Positions 38,022 through 47,101 of a stretch of 64,000 nt of DNA are shown here, piece by piece. Source of the DNA: Burkholderiales bacterium. GTDB taxonomy: Bacteria > Pseudomonadota > Gammaproteobacteria > Burkholderiales > JAHFRG01. Each line of letters begins with the position of its first letter. The first letter of the stretch is position 1. The stretch is from contig DASPRE010000002.1 of the NCBI GenBank assembly GCA_035624615.1, positions 1,160 through 65,159 of the forward strand, given 5' to 3'. The notes beneath the pieces are model-generated. The model ran no database searches. It saw nothing but the letters and a program-made list of their open reading frames with translations, and had not been told where the DNA came from. The translations under genes were made by a program, and so were the position numbers.

Positions 38022-38228
38022 TCACCCGCGCTGCGCGACAAGCGGCTGCAAAAACGTGAGCTCCAGCCCGTGTCCTAGGTTCAGCGCAAAACACCTGGCG
38101 CGGATTTGATGTGCAAATAGGTGCGGATCACCTGCTCTGGCTTTTCGGCGATATTCTTGGATGAGAGTAAAAATGCCGGACCCGCCCGAGCGCCCGCAAT
38201 TCCGGCAGTCGAAACGGAATTGCTTCAA
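38022..38228 (-). pseudogene. Possible 3' remnant of a uroporphyrinogen decarboxylase (URO-D/HemE) family gene
   Basis: The 68-codon frame contains GDPHLFAHQIRARCFALNLGHGL, resembling the HemE C-terminal D-P-x-x-L-[YF]-A...F-N-L-G-H-G-I signature. Only a TTG 'start' overlapping the hydrolase stop is available. Far too short to be a functional enzyme. Confidence 0.3.
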
Positions 38229-39124
38229 TCCGGGGCAAGCAGAAAATCGCGTACGATCTTGATCTGGTCCGGCGACATCAGCATGGGCGCGTGACCGATT
38301 CCTGGGAATTCCACCAATTCAGTGTGCGCTTTGCGTTCGCACATTTTTAGCGCGGTTTCTTTGAGCAGCACGTCGGACTCTGCTCCGCGCAGAACCAGCA
38401 CCGGGCAGCGCACTTTTGACCAGATCTCCCATAGATCTAGGTCTTGGAAAAATCCTCTTTTAAACGGTTCGCCGATTTTCGGATCGTATTTGAAGCCGCA
38501 GCTACCGTCTTCGAACTTCTTCACGCTGTGGGCGACGAGATGGCGCCACTGCGGGTCGGTAAATGGCCCAAAAGTGGAGTACACCTTACGTAAGTTAATT
38601 TCGAATTCCTCAAGGTTGGCGAAATGCGGGTCTTTGCCGACGTAATCGCCTATGCGGCGCAGCGCCTCTGCAGGAACGAGCCAGCCGACATCGTTCATAA
38701 TAAGGCGCCGTATCGGAGATTTCGATTGCGCTGCCAGCATCATGCCAATCAATCCTCCCATCGAGGTACCCACCCAGTCAATATAACGCTCGGACCGACG
38801 GTGCAACAGCCTGGCAATGAAGCGAGATACTCGGGTGCCAGGGCCGATTCGCGCAAGCAGCGCGCCCATGTCCGAAAGATAAACGGGGTAACTGTAGTCC
38901 TCACTGTGGGTCAGCCAATCGCTTTTTCCGCGGCCGACGATGTCGGGGCATACCACGTGGCAATCGTTTTCCAGCGCCATGGCGAGAAAATCGAAATCGC
39001 GCGAATTACGGGTGAGGCCGTGCACGCAAACGACGGCGTGCGGATTGTCAGGATTGCCCCAATCGGTGTACGCAATGCGATGAAAACCGTGCGGACCGAG
39101 GCTCAGAAAACTGTTTTCCCGCAT
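38225..39124 (-). CDS. Alpha/beta hydrolase fold protein
   Basis: HGLTRNSRDF oxyanion region, GTSMGGLIG nucleophile elbow, C-terminal GIGHAPM His motif. Confidence 0.85.
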   Translation of the reverse strand: MRENSFLSLGPHGFHRIAYTDWGNPDNPHAVVCVHGLTRNSRDFDFLAMALENDCHVVCPDIVGRGKSDWLTHSEDYSYPVYLSDMGALLARIGPGTRVSRFIARLLHRRSERYIDWVGTSMGGLIGMMLAAQSKSPIRRLIMNDVGWLVPAEALRRIGDYVGKDPHFANLEEFEINLRKVYSTFGPFTDPQWRHLVAHSVKKFEDGSCGFKYDPKIGEPFKRGFFQDLDLWEIWSKVRCPVLVLRGAESDVLLKETALKMCERKAHTELVEFPGIGHAPMLMSPDQIKIVRDFLLAPD

Positions 39125-39146
39125 TGTTTGTCCTTGGTAAGTTCAG

Positions 39147-40016
39147 TTATGGTATCGCCCGACATGCCGTGATCACCGTTTTTATCCACCTGCAGTCACT
39201 CCTTACCGTGCTGAACCGATAACAGTTTTCTTGGCCAGTATCGGCTTTGGTCATTTTTCTGATTTTCTCCGACTTGATATTGACCACGTGCCAAGTTAGC
39301 CCCATGCGCTCATATTTCTGCCGTTCAATGATTATGTCCTCGAGAGGACTTTCGGAAAACCACACCCATTCATCAAGGAAATCGTTGACCAATGCGTCTA
39401 ACACCTGATACAGATCATCATCAATCTTTTCGCCAGGTATCAGCTCCTGGTAACCAGAGTTCCGGCTTTCTTCGTTATAAGTCCAATGTTCAGTCCACTC
39501 GGCTCCCAAACCGTTACTTGAGTAAAGCTCAGCTAGGTTGTGCTGTTTGCTAATTTTGAAAAAGGCATTATGTTTGCCGGTAAGAACATACCCTGCGTAT
39601 TCACCGGCGCCAATATTCCTGAAGGCCATGGCATGTCTGAGATAGCCGTTTTTTTCGACCGCGATGTCTAATTGCATTGCGCCGCTGTCACGCGCAGAGT
39701 CGGCAAGTGATTGTAGGTGTTGGTCGGTGAGTTTGCCGTTCTGCATCACCGCACTGCCGTTAACCGCGTCGCGGTGGTTCATCCATTGCAGCTTGATCAT
39801 CAGGTCTGGAAAGGCCTGCGAGGCGGTCACGAGGGCCGGGAAGGGGATGCCTTGGTTGGTTTCGAAGCGATAAGTCAGGTCGTTCGAGATGTATTGTTCC
39901 TGGAAATTCTGGATAGAGCTTTCTTCGGAAAGCAGGACGGTAATCTGCTGCTTGAACGCTTCTAGCAGTCCACTATCCCCACTCACGGTTACGCTGGCCT
40001 GGAATATTGCAGTCAT
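39147..40016 (-). CDS. Hypothetical protein, 289 aa, acidic, soluble, no recognisable domain
   Basis: Long clean ORF with an ATG start, 22 nt upstream of the hydrolase gene. By eye it is more AT-rich than its neighbours. Lies directly beyond the 3' end of ssrA. Confidence 0.6.
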   Translation of the reverse strand: MTAIFQASVTVSGDSGLLEAFKQQITVLLSEESSIQNFQEQYISNDLTYRFETNQGIPFPALVTASQAFPDLMIKLQWMNHRDAVNGSAVMQNGKLTDQHLQSLADSARDSGAMQLDIAVEKNGYLRHAMAFRNIGAGEYAGYVLTGKHNAFFKISKQHNLAELYSSNGLGAEWTEHWTYNEESRNSGYQELIPGEKIDDDLYQVLDALVNDFLDEWVWFSESPLEDIIIERQKYERMGLTWHVVNIKSEKIRKMTKADTGQENCYRFSTVRSDCRWIKTVITACRAIP

Positions 40017-40255
40017 CTCGGATTCTGTTGAATTAACTAGACCTGTTGCACGCGATCGCTTCCATTGCGGCTGGCATTATCGCATTGCTGAGCCGATGGA
40101 GTCTAAGCCGTTGTCCCCGCAGTCTTTGGGGAGCGCCGCTCTGCGGAATGTGAGAATAATTAAAGACACGGCGAAAAATGCGGGTCCATGAGTAAAATTG
40201 TAAACGCTGCATAGAGCTCAAGACCGAAAACATCTGGATTTTTCATGCAGAATTG

Positions 40256-40292
40256 ATCGCCGAGGGGATATGCCCTCGGCGATATTTTTTAA
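40256..40292 (+). terminator. Strong intrinsic-terminator-like hairpin oriented on the + strand, facing the 3' end of ssrA
   Basis: 11-bp stem ATCGCCGAGGG/CCCTCGGCGAT with a 6-nt loop, followed by ATTTTTTAAA. The U-tract exists only for + strand transcription. Confidence 0.45.
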
Positions 40293-40299
40293 ACTCGTG

Positions 40300-40662
40300 T
40301 GGTGGAGGCGGGGGGAATCGAACCCCCGTCCGCAGGCCCTCTACATGCAGTTCTACATACTTAGTCAGGCTATTTGATTTAGCCGGAAAGCCGCCAGCCG
40401 ACGGGCTGCGCTACGGCGAGTTACCTATTATTTAATGTCGCTCAAAGTAACCCTGAGCAACACGATCTCATGTAAATGACTCTGTTGTCGGTTGCCCGAC
40501 CCGGCCCATGAGCGATCCGGTGCAGAGTCCAGCCGGGATTAAGCGGCTAGAGCGTAACGCATGTCGTTCGCGTTTAATTGCTTTCCAGTGGATTTGCGAG
40601 GGAACTGGTCCTCGGTATGCTCTGCGCTGCGTTGCGACCTACGTCGAAACCTGGTCGCCCCC
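40300..40662 (-). ncRNA. ssrA: tmRNA (SsrA)
   Basis: The reverse complement begins GGGGGCGACCAGGTTTCGACG and ends GGGGGTTCGATTCCCCCCGCCTCCACCA. The acceptor stem has a G3:U pair. An internal tag frame GCG AAC GAC ATG CGT TAC GCT CTA GCC GCT TAA encodes ANDMRYALAA. Confidence 0.93.
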
Positions 40663-40715
40663 ATTTCTGGAAAACTGAAAAGAAGCAGCAATAATTATCC
40701 CATAAATGGGTGCGC

Positions 40716-41363
40716 TCAGAGAAATTGCAAGATTTCAAGAGGGCTGAAGATATACGCATCGGCGCCCCAGGTTTCGGGACGGACGCCGTTTCCGAGATAG
40801 CCGTAGCGGGCGACTATGGACTGCATGCCCGCGGCGCGTGCCGCGAGCACGTCGCGTTCATCGTCCCCGACATACACGCAAGCCGGCGCCGGTACGCCGA
40901 TTTTGCCGCTTGCCAAAAGCAGCGGCTCGGGGTGCGGCTTTGAGTTAATGCCGGTATCGCCGCTCACGATGCAGGAAGCGCGGTGGTCGAGCTTGAGCTT
41001 TTGCAGCAATGGCAGGGTGAAGCGCTCCATCTTGTTAGTAACCACGCCCCACGGCAAACGTCTCGCTTCCAGTTCCGCCAACACTTCCGGAATGTCGGCA
41101 AAAAGCCGGGTGTCGTGGCAAAGGTGTTCCTCGTAGAAATTTAGAAATTCATTGCGCCGGGCGTCGTAGATCGCGTCTCCGGGGGCAAGATCGAAACCGA
41201 TTTTCATCAGCCCGCGGCCGCCTTGTGAAACATAGGGGCGGATGCTCGACAAAGGCAGGGCAGTCAAACCATGCTTTTCGCGCTGACGGTTCAGCGCGTA
41301 CGCGAGATCCGGCGCAGTGTCTGCTAGAGTGCCGTCGAGATCGAACAGCACGGCTTTAATCAT
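40716..41363 (-). CDS. HAD-IA hydrolase, phosphoglycolate phosphatase / MupP-like
   Basis: DLDGTL motif I and GDDERD motif. Located immediately downstream of ubiG, as the gph/mupP-type genes are in pseudomonads. Confidence 0.85.
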   Translation of the reverse strand: MIKAVLFDLDGTLADTAPDLAYALNRQREKHGLTALPLSSIRPYVSQGGRGLMKIGFDLAPGDAIYDARRNEFLNFYEEHLCHDTRLFADIPEVLAELEARRLPWGVVTNKMERFTLPLLQKLKLDHRASCIVSGDTGINSKPHPEPLLLASGKIGVPAPACVYVGDDERDVLAARAAGMQSIVARYGYLGNGVRPETWGADAYIFSPLEILQFL

Positions 41364-41405
41364 ATTGAAAAACGAAGCGAGACGAAAAGCTCGAAATGTC
41401 CGGCA

Positions 41406-42098
41406 TCAATCTACCTTTGCATGCAAGATGTAATTAACGTCAGTGTCGGCCCCGAGCATATAAATCTTGCTGAACGGATTGTAGTTAATGCCGGTAATGT
41501 GTTCCACCGTGAGGCCAGCGTCGCGGCAAAAACGCGCGAGTTCGGAGGGTTTAATAAATCTGGTGTAATCATGCGTGCCGCGAGGCAAAAGCTTGAGGAC
41601 ATACTCGGCGCCGATAACCGCTAAAAGGTACGATTTCAAATTGCGGTTAATGGTGGAAAAAATCACATGTCCGCTTGGCTTGACGAGTTCGGCGCAGGCG
41701 CGCACCGTGCTCGCGGGTGCCGGCACGTGCTCCAGGATTTCCATGCAGGTGACTAGGTCGTAATGCTGCGGCTGCTCGCGCGCCAGTTCTTCCGGCGCAA
41801 TCTCCCGGTACTCCACCTGGTTGCCGCTTTCAAGCAGATGCAGCCGCGCAACCTTGAGGGCTTGTACTCCCAGGTCTATTCCGGTGACATGTGCTCCGCG
41901 CGCCGCCATGCCCTCGGACAAGATGCCCCCGCCGCAGCCCACATCCAGCACGACCTTGCCGTTGAGGCCGCTGAGCTCCTCAATGTATTCGAGGCGTAGC
42001 GGGTTTATGTCATGCAGCGGCTTGAACTCGGCCCCTGGATCCCACCAGCGGTGCGCGAGATCGCTGAATTTTTCAAGCTCTTGCGGATCGACGTTCAT
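41406..42098 (-). CDS. ubiG: Bifunctional 3-demethylubiquinol 3-O-methyltransferase / 2-polyprenyl-6-hydroxyphenol methylase
   Basis: [12 protein letters not shown]-terminus and [16 protein letters not shown] motif. About 230 aa. Confidence 0.92.
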   Translation of the reverse strand: MNVDPQELEKFSDLAHRWWDPGAEFKPLHDINPLRLEYIEELSGLNGKVVLDVGCGGGILSEGMAARGAHVTGIDLGVQALKVARLHLLESGNQVEYREIAPEELAREQPQHYDLVTCMEILEHVPAPASTVRACAELVKPSGHVIFSTINRNLKSYLLAVIGAEYVLKLLPRGTHDYTRFIKPSELARFCRDAGLTVEHITGINYNPFSKIYMLGADTDVNYILHAKVD

Positions 42099-42160
42099 CG
42101 CCTGTCCAGCGCCGGGAGTTCAAAGTTAAATATTCAGGATATACGCTTAACCGTGAGCCC

Positions 42161-43480
42161 TCAACCTTCATTGCCGATTTTCTCCTGCCAGTAGCGCGCA
42201 TTAGCGGCAAGTTCTTTTGCGTTCAAAGTTGTTAATCGACGGTTGTCGAGCAGCAATTTCCCGTTTACCCAGACATGACTTACCTGCTCTCGATCCGCGA
42301 CATACACGAGGTGTGAAACCGGGTCGAAGCACGGCGAAAGCTCGAGGCTCGAAAAATCCACGGCGATAATATCTGCCGCCTTGCCTGTTGCCAGCGAGCC
42401 GATTCTGCCATCGAGACCTAAAGCCTTCGCGCCGTTAAGGGTGGCCATTCGCAGAGCCTGTCGAGCAGGCAGGGCATCGGCTTTGGCGCTTACCGCTTTT
42501 GCGAGCACCGCCGCAAGGCGCATTTCCCCGAATACGTCCAAACGATTGTTGCTCGCCGCGCCATCGGTACCAAGCCCAACGTTGATGCCGTGATCCAGTA
42601 ACAAAGCAACAGGCGCGAATCCGCTGGCAAGTTTCAGATTGGATGACGGGCAATGAGCAATATTGCATGAATGATTCGCCAAAAACGCGATTTCTTGGGA
42701 TGTGACATGTGCGGCGTGCACGCCGATGAAGCCGGGTCCCAACAGGCCCAACGTATGCAGTCGCTCCAGCGGTCGCATCTTGTATTGGGCCAGACTGTGC
42801 TGGATTTCGTCATTTGTTTCCTGTAGATGGATGTGAATGGGCAAGTCTAGCTGCTGAGCATACGTGAGGAGTTTTTCAAATGTCCTATCGCTCACGGTAT
42901 AAGGGGCGTGAGGTGCCATGCAAAACGATAGCAACGGGTGTGGATGCAGCTCGTCGCGAGCCGCCAGTCCCTTGTTGAGGTAATCCTCGGGGTCTCCTGC
43001 GTAGTTGCTTGGAAATTCGATGACGATGATCCCGATTGCGGCGCGCATGCCGGTTTCAACAGCCGCCTTCGCGGCTGCCCCCGGAAAGAAATACATGTCG
43101 TTGAAGCAGGTGATGCCGCCGCGCAGCATTTCCGCGCAGGCGAGCAACGTGCCGTCATGAACGAATTGCTGCGAGACATGCTTTGCTTCAGCCGGCCAAA
43201 TATGGTGATTCAGCCAGTCCATCAGCGGCAGGTCGTCTGCCAGTCCCCGCATCAGTGTCATCGCCGCATGAGTGTGAAGATTGACAAGTCCTGGAATGAG
43301 CGCATGGTTTTCCAACCTCACCTCTTGTTTCGCACTGAAGCGCGCGTGCGCTTCGGCGGTAGGCAATACCGCTTGTATCGTTCCATTGCCGATGGCAATA
43401 GAATGCTTTGGCAAAACATCTGGTGGTTCGACGGGAATCACCCAGCCTGCGTCAATCAGCGTGTCGACATCGGATGGCAT
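42161..43480 (-). CDS. mtaD: Amidohydrolase of the TRZ/ATZ family, MtaD-like (5-methylthioadenosine/S-adenosylhomocysteine deaminase)
   Basis: Motifs PGLVNLHTHAAM, HLQET, HCPSSNLKLASG and GTDGAASNN. Confidence 0.85.
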   Translation of the reverse strand: MPSDVDTLIDAGWVIPVEPPDVLPKHSIAIGNGTIQAVLPTAEAHARFSAKQEVRLENHALIPGLVNLHTHAAMTLMRGLADDLPLMDWLNHHIWPAEAKHVSQQFVHDGTLLACAEMLRGGITCFNDMYFFPGAAAKAAVETGMRAAIGIIVIEFPSNYAGDPEDYLNKGLAARDELHPHPLLSFCMAPHAPYTVSDRTFEKLLTYAQQLDLPIHIHLQETNDEIQHSLAQYKMRPLERLHTLGLLGPGFIGVHAAHVTSQEIAFLANHSCNIAHCPSSNLKLASGFAPVALLLDHGINVGLGTDGAASNNRLDVFGEMRLAAVLAKAVSAKADALPARQALRMATLNGAKALGLDGRIGSLATGKAADIIAVDFSSLELSPCFDPVSHLVYVADREQVSHVWVNGKLLLDNRRLTTLNAKELAANARYWQEKIGNEG

Positions 43481-43488
43481 AGCATCCT

Positions 43489-43522
43489 AAAAAATAAAAA
43501 AGCCCTGCGCGAGGCAGGGCTT
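43489..43522 (-). terminator. Rho-independent terminator downstream of the OmpA-family gene
   Basis: On the minus strand: stem AAGCCCTGC/GCAGGGCTT with a 5-nt loop, followed by TTTTTATTTTTT. Confidence 0.7.
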
Positions 43523-43543
43523 CAATTGTAACTGCGTTTGTTT

Positions 43544-44284
43544 TTATTGTCCTTCGGGGACAACGGCTGTCACATCAACGTCTACGCGGCGGTCAGGCTG
43601 CAGGCAATCGATGAGCTGTTTGCGCTTCATGTTTTTGCATTGATCCGGGGTCGTCACAGGCTCGCTCTCTCCCTTGCCTACTGCTTCAATCTTGTGAGCG
43701 TGAACGCCATGCGAAACGAGGTAATCGGCTACCACCTGGGCGCGTTTTTCAGAAAGCTTCTGGTTGTAAGCAGGCGGGCCCAACCTGTCGGTATAGCCGG
43801 TGACGGTAACTGTTTCATACTCGGCGTTCTGCAATCGGCCCGCGAGTTCGGCAAGCCGTTCTTCCCCACGCGGGCGCAATTCCGCTTTATTGAAATCGAA
43901 GAACGCGTCTGCCGAAAGCGTAATGTGTTCCGGTGCTGGCGGTGGCGGCGGTGGCGGAGCCGGTTCTGGTTCTGGCTCCGGCGGTGGCGCCTCAGCCACG
44001 GGCGGCGGTGGCGGTTCGCACAGTTCCTTCGGCATCAGGTCCTTTTCACATTGGCAGCCGATTGGGAACTGTTCTCCGGGTAATATGACCTGTTCGGCAA
44101 GCTCCTTCGTCCAGTAGCCGGTCCTCCAACACAGGCCGGCGCCACTGCGGGCGAGGACGCCACGCTGGTCGACTAGATAGGGCATGGGGAGGTTTGAGGT
44201 TTGTGCTAGCGCCGCAGACACGCCTAACCCCAAAGTGGCCACGGTGGCCGCTATAAAAAGCAGTTTTGAAAATTGCTTGGTCAT
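43544..44284 (-). CDS. OmpA-family peptidoglycan-associated outer-membrane protein with a Pro-rich hinge
   Basis: Signal peptide, Cys-containing N-domain, PPPPPVAEAPPPEPEPEPAPPPPPPPAPE hinge, and OmpA_C motif TGYTDRLGPPAYNQKLSEKRA. Confidence 0.88.
   Translation of the reverse strand: MTKQFSKLLFIAATVATLGLGVSAALAQTSNLPMPYLVDQRGVLARSGAGLCWRTGYWTKELAEQVILPGEQFPIGCQCEKDLMPKELCEPPPPPVAEAPPPEPEPEPAPPPPPPPAPEHITLSADAFFDFNKAELRPRGEERLAELAGRLQNAEYETVTVTGYTDRLGPPAYNQKLSEKRAQVVADYLVSHGVHAHKIEAVGKGESEPVTTPDQCKNMKRKQLIDCLQPDRRVDVDVTAVVPEGQ
43931..44020 (-). repeat. Low-complexity GGN/CCN tract encoding the Pro-rich hinge
   Basis: The + strand reads ggtgctggcggtggcggcggtggcggagccggttctggttctggctccggcggtggcgcc...ggcggcggtggcgg. 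Confidence 0.5.
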
Positions 44285-44449
44285 AATTCCTCCTCTTTTT
44301 TAACGACTTGATGCTGATTGTTGACCACCTTTGTATAAAGGGGTAGGGGTGCCCTCGTTTAAAAGCATACTAATTGAATCACGGGTTTTTGGCAATTTTA
44401 TTACTGTTGTTTTGGTGTCATCCAGCGAGCTTCTCGGGATATGCGCTGC

Positions 44450-44479
44450 TTGGCCTTAACCGCCCGCGCATGATAAAAT
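44450..44479 (+). promoter_or_regulatory. Candidate sigma70 promoter for gyrA
   Basis: TTGGCC, an 18-nt spacer, then TGaTAAAAT (extended -10), about 60 nt upstream of the gyrA ATG. Pattern match only. Confidence 0.3.
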
Positions 44480-44539
44480 TTACAGCTTTAATTTGCTGAA
44501 AATTCAGCTCTGAAACTCGTTTAAAAAACACTCTATTTC

Positions 44540-47101
44540 ATGGACCAATTCGCCAAAGAAACCCTGCCTGTCAGCCTCGAAGAAGAGATGCGCCGCTCGT
44601 ATCTTGATTACGCAATGAGTGTCATCGTGGGTCGCGCATTGCCTGACGTACGGGATGGCCTAAAGCCCGTGCACCGGCGGGTGCTGTTTGCAATGCACGA
44701 AGCCAATAATGTATGGAACCGTCCTTATGTGAAATGCGCGCGCATCGTCGGTGATGTGCTCGGCAAGTACCACCCACACGGGGACACCGCGACTTATGAA
44801 GCTCTGGTACGCATGGCGCAGGACTTTTCCATGCGCTACACGCTCATTGACGGGCAGGGAAACTTCGGCTCGGTGGACGGCGACGCACCGGCGGCCTACC
44901 GCTACACCGAATGCCGCATGGATCGGCTTTCCTCAGAGATTCTGGCTGACATCGACAAGGAAACGGTGGATTTTGCACCCAATTACGACGGCAAGGAACA
45001 GGAACCCGCGGTATTGCCGACTAGGGTACCGAACCTGCTGGTCAACGGTTCATCCGGGATCGCAGTCGGCATGGCGACCAATATTCCGCCTCATAACTTG
45101 AATGAAGTGGTGGACGGCTGCCTTTCGCTTCTAAAGAACCCGCAAACCGATCTTGACGAATTAATTGAAACGATTCCGGCCCCGGATTTCCCGACCGCCG
45201 GCATCATATACGGTGTCGCCGGTGTTAGGGACGGCTATCGCACAGGGCGCGGGAGGATAGTGATCCGCGCCCGGACGCATTTCGAAGAAATGGAGAAAGG
45301 CAATCGCCAACTGATTATTGTTGATGAGCTTCCTTACCAGGTAAATAAAGCCGCGCTGCTGACAAGAATTGGCGAGCTGGTGCGCGACAAGAAAATCGAC
45401 GGCATTTCTGATCTGCGCGACGAATCGGACAAGTCAGGTATGCGCGTGGTGATTGAACTCAAGCGCGGTGAGAACCCCGAGGTGGTGCTGAATAACCTCT
45501 ACAAAGAGACGCAGCTGCAGGACACGTTCGGTATGAACATGGTTGCGCTGGTCGACAACCAGCCGCGCCTGCTCAATCTCAAGGAGCTTCTCGAATCCTT
45601 CCTGCGCCACCGCCGCGAAGTGGTGACGCGGCGCACCGAGTTCGAATTGCGCAAAGCACGCGAGCGCGCGCATATCCTCGAAGGTTTGGCAGTGGCGCTC
45701 TCTAACGTGGACGAGATCATCGGACTTATCAAGGCGGCGGAATCCCCGCCAGTGGCAAAAACACAGTTGATGGCACGGCACTGGCGTTCCAAGCTGGTCG
45801 AGGACATGCTGCGCCGAGCGAGCTCAGATGCTTCGCGCCCGGACGGCCTCGGCGCGGAATTCGGTTTGCGCAAGCAGGGCTATTTCCTGTCCGATGTGCA
45901 GGCGCAGGCGATTCTGGAATTACGCTTGCAGCGGCTGACCGGCTTGGAGCAGGACAAAATTTTTACCGAATACAAGGAAGTGATGGAGAAAATTGCCGAT
46001 CTCGCGGACGTGCTGGTAAAGCGCGAGCGCATTACCCGCATCATTTCCGACGAACTCATTGCGCTGAAGGAGCAATATGGCGATGAACGCCGCAGCGAGA
46101 TCGTGGTGGATACCCAAGACCTGGCAATGGAAGATTTGATTGCCTCAGAGGACGTGGTGGTCACCTTGTCGCATGGGGGCTACCTGAAATCGCAGCCGGT
46201 TGCCGATTACCGGGCGCAGAAACGCGGCGGGCGCGGTAAGCAGGCGGCGACCACCAAGGAGGACGATTTCATAGACAACCTGTTCATTGCCAATACGCAC
46301 GACTACATTCTGTGCTTTTCGAACCGCGGCAGGGTTTACTGGCTCAAAGTTTACAACGTACCGCAGGGTAGCCGTGCCAGCCGCGGCAAGCCCATCGTCA
46401 ATCTCGTGCCGCTGATGGAGCATGAAAAGATTACCGCGGTACTGCCGGTCAAGGAATTTGACGATCAGCACTTCGTATTCATGGCAACTGCCAACGGCAC
46501 CGTCAAGAAGACAGCGCTCTCCGCATTTTCGCGGCCGATGTCAAAAGGCATAATCGCGGTGAATCTGGAGGACGGGGATTATCTGGTCGGGGCAGCCCTC
46601 ACCGATGGCAAGCAAGACATCATGTTGTTTTCGGACGGCGGCAAAGCGATGCGTTTCGCTGAGCAGGAAGTGCGCTCGATGGGCCGCAATGCGGCAGGCG
46701 TGCGAGGCATGAAGCTGGCCGCGGATCAGCATGTGATTTCGTTGCTTACCGCGCAGGATGAAACGCAGTCGGTGCTGACGGCGACTGAAAACGGTTTTGG
46801 CAAACGCACACCAATTGCTGAATATACGCGACACGGCCGCGGCACGCAGGGAATGATTGCGATCCGAACCTCGGAGCGCAACGGCAAGGTGGTGGCGGCG
46901 ACGCTGGTGGATAAAGAGGATGAAATCATGTTGATTACCACCGGCGGAGTGCTGATCCGCACGCGTGTTTCGGAAATTCGTGAAATGAGCCGCTCGACCC
47001 AAGGTGTAAGGCTGATTGATCTCGGGGAAGGCGAGAAGCTTGCAGTTTTGGGAAAAGTGGTCGAGAGGGATGAGGAAAACAATGGAGAGGGAACCCCTTG
47101 A
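44540..47101 (+). CDS. gyrA: DNA gyrase subunit A
   Basis: 853 aa. Active-site context AAYRYTE, plus GyrA-box and beta-pinwheel repeats. Confidence 0.97.
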   Translation: MDQFAKETLPVSLEEEMRRSYLDYAMSVIVGRALPDVRDGLKPVHRRVLFAMHEANNVWNRPYVKCARIVGDVLGKYHPHGDTATYEALVRMAQDFSMRYTLIDGQGNFGSVDGDAPAAYRYTECRMDRLSSEILADIDKETVDFAPNYDGKEQEPAVLPTRVPNLLVNGSSGIAVGMATNIPPHNLNEVVDGCLSLLKNPQTDLDELIETIPAPDFPTAGIIYGVAGVRDGYRTGRGRIVIRARTHFEEMEKGNRQLIIVDELPYQVNKAALLTRIGELVRDKKIDGISDLRDESDKSGMRVVIELKRGENPEVVLNNLYKETQLQDTFGMNMVALVDNQPRLLNLKELLESFLRHRREVVTRRTEFELRKARERAHILEGLAVALSNVDEIIGLIKAAESPPVAKTQLMARHWRSKLVEDMLRRASSDASRPDGLGAEFGLRKQGYFLSDVQAQAILELRLQRLTGLEQDKIFTEYKEVMEKIADLADVLVKRERITRIISDELIALKEQYGDERRSEIVVDTQDLAMEDLIASEDVVVTLSHGGYLKSQPVADYRAQKRGGRGKQAATTKEDDFIDNLFIANTHDYILCFSNRGRVYWLKVYNVPQGSRASRGKPIVNLVPLMEHEKITAVLPVKEFDDQHFVFMATANGTVKKTALSAFSRPMSKGIIAVNLEDGDYLVGAALTDGKQDIMLFSDGGKAMRFAEQEVRSMGRNAAGVRGMKLAADQHVISLLTAQDETQSVLTATENGFGKRTPIAEYTRHGRGTQGMIAIRTSERNGKVVAATLVDKEDEIMLITTGGVLIRTRVSEIREMSRSTQGVRLIDLGEGEKLAVLGKVVERDEENNGEGTP

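Noticed and set aside
40253-40800. ORFs 40253-40435(+), 40561-40800(+) and 40574-40759(-), which overlap the tmRNA gene.
   Set aside because: The region folds and reads as a canonical tmRNA (tRNA-like ends and tag frame). The ORFs are chance frames across a structured RNA gene.
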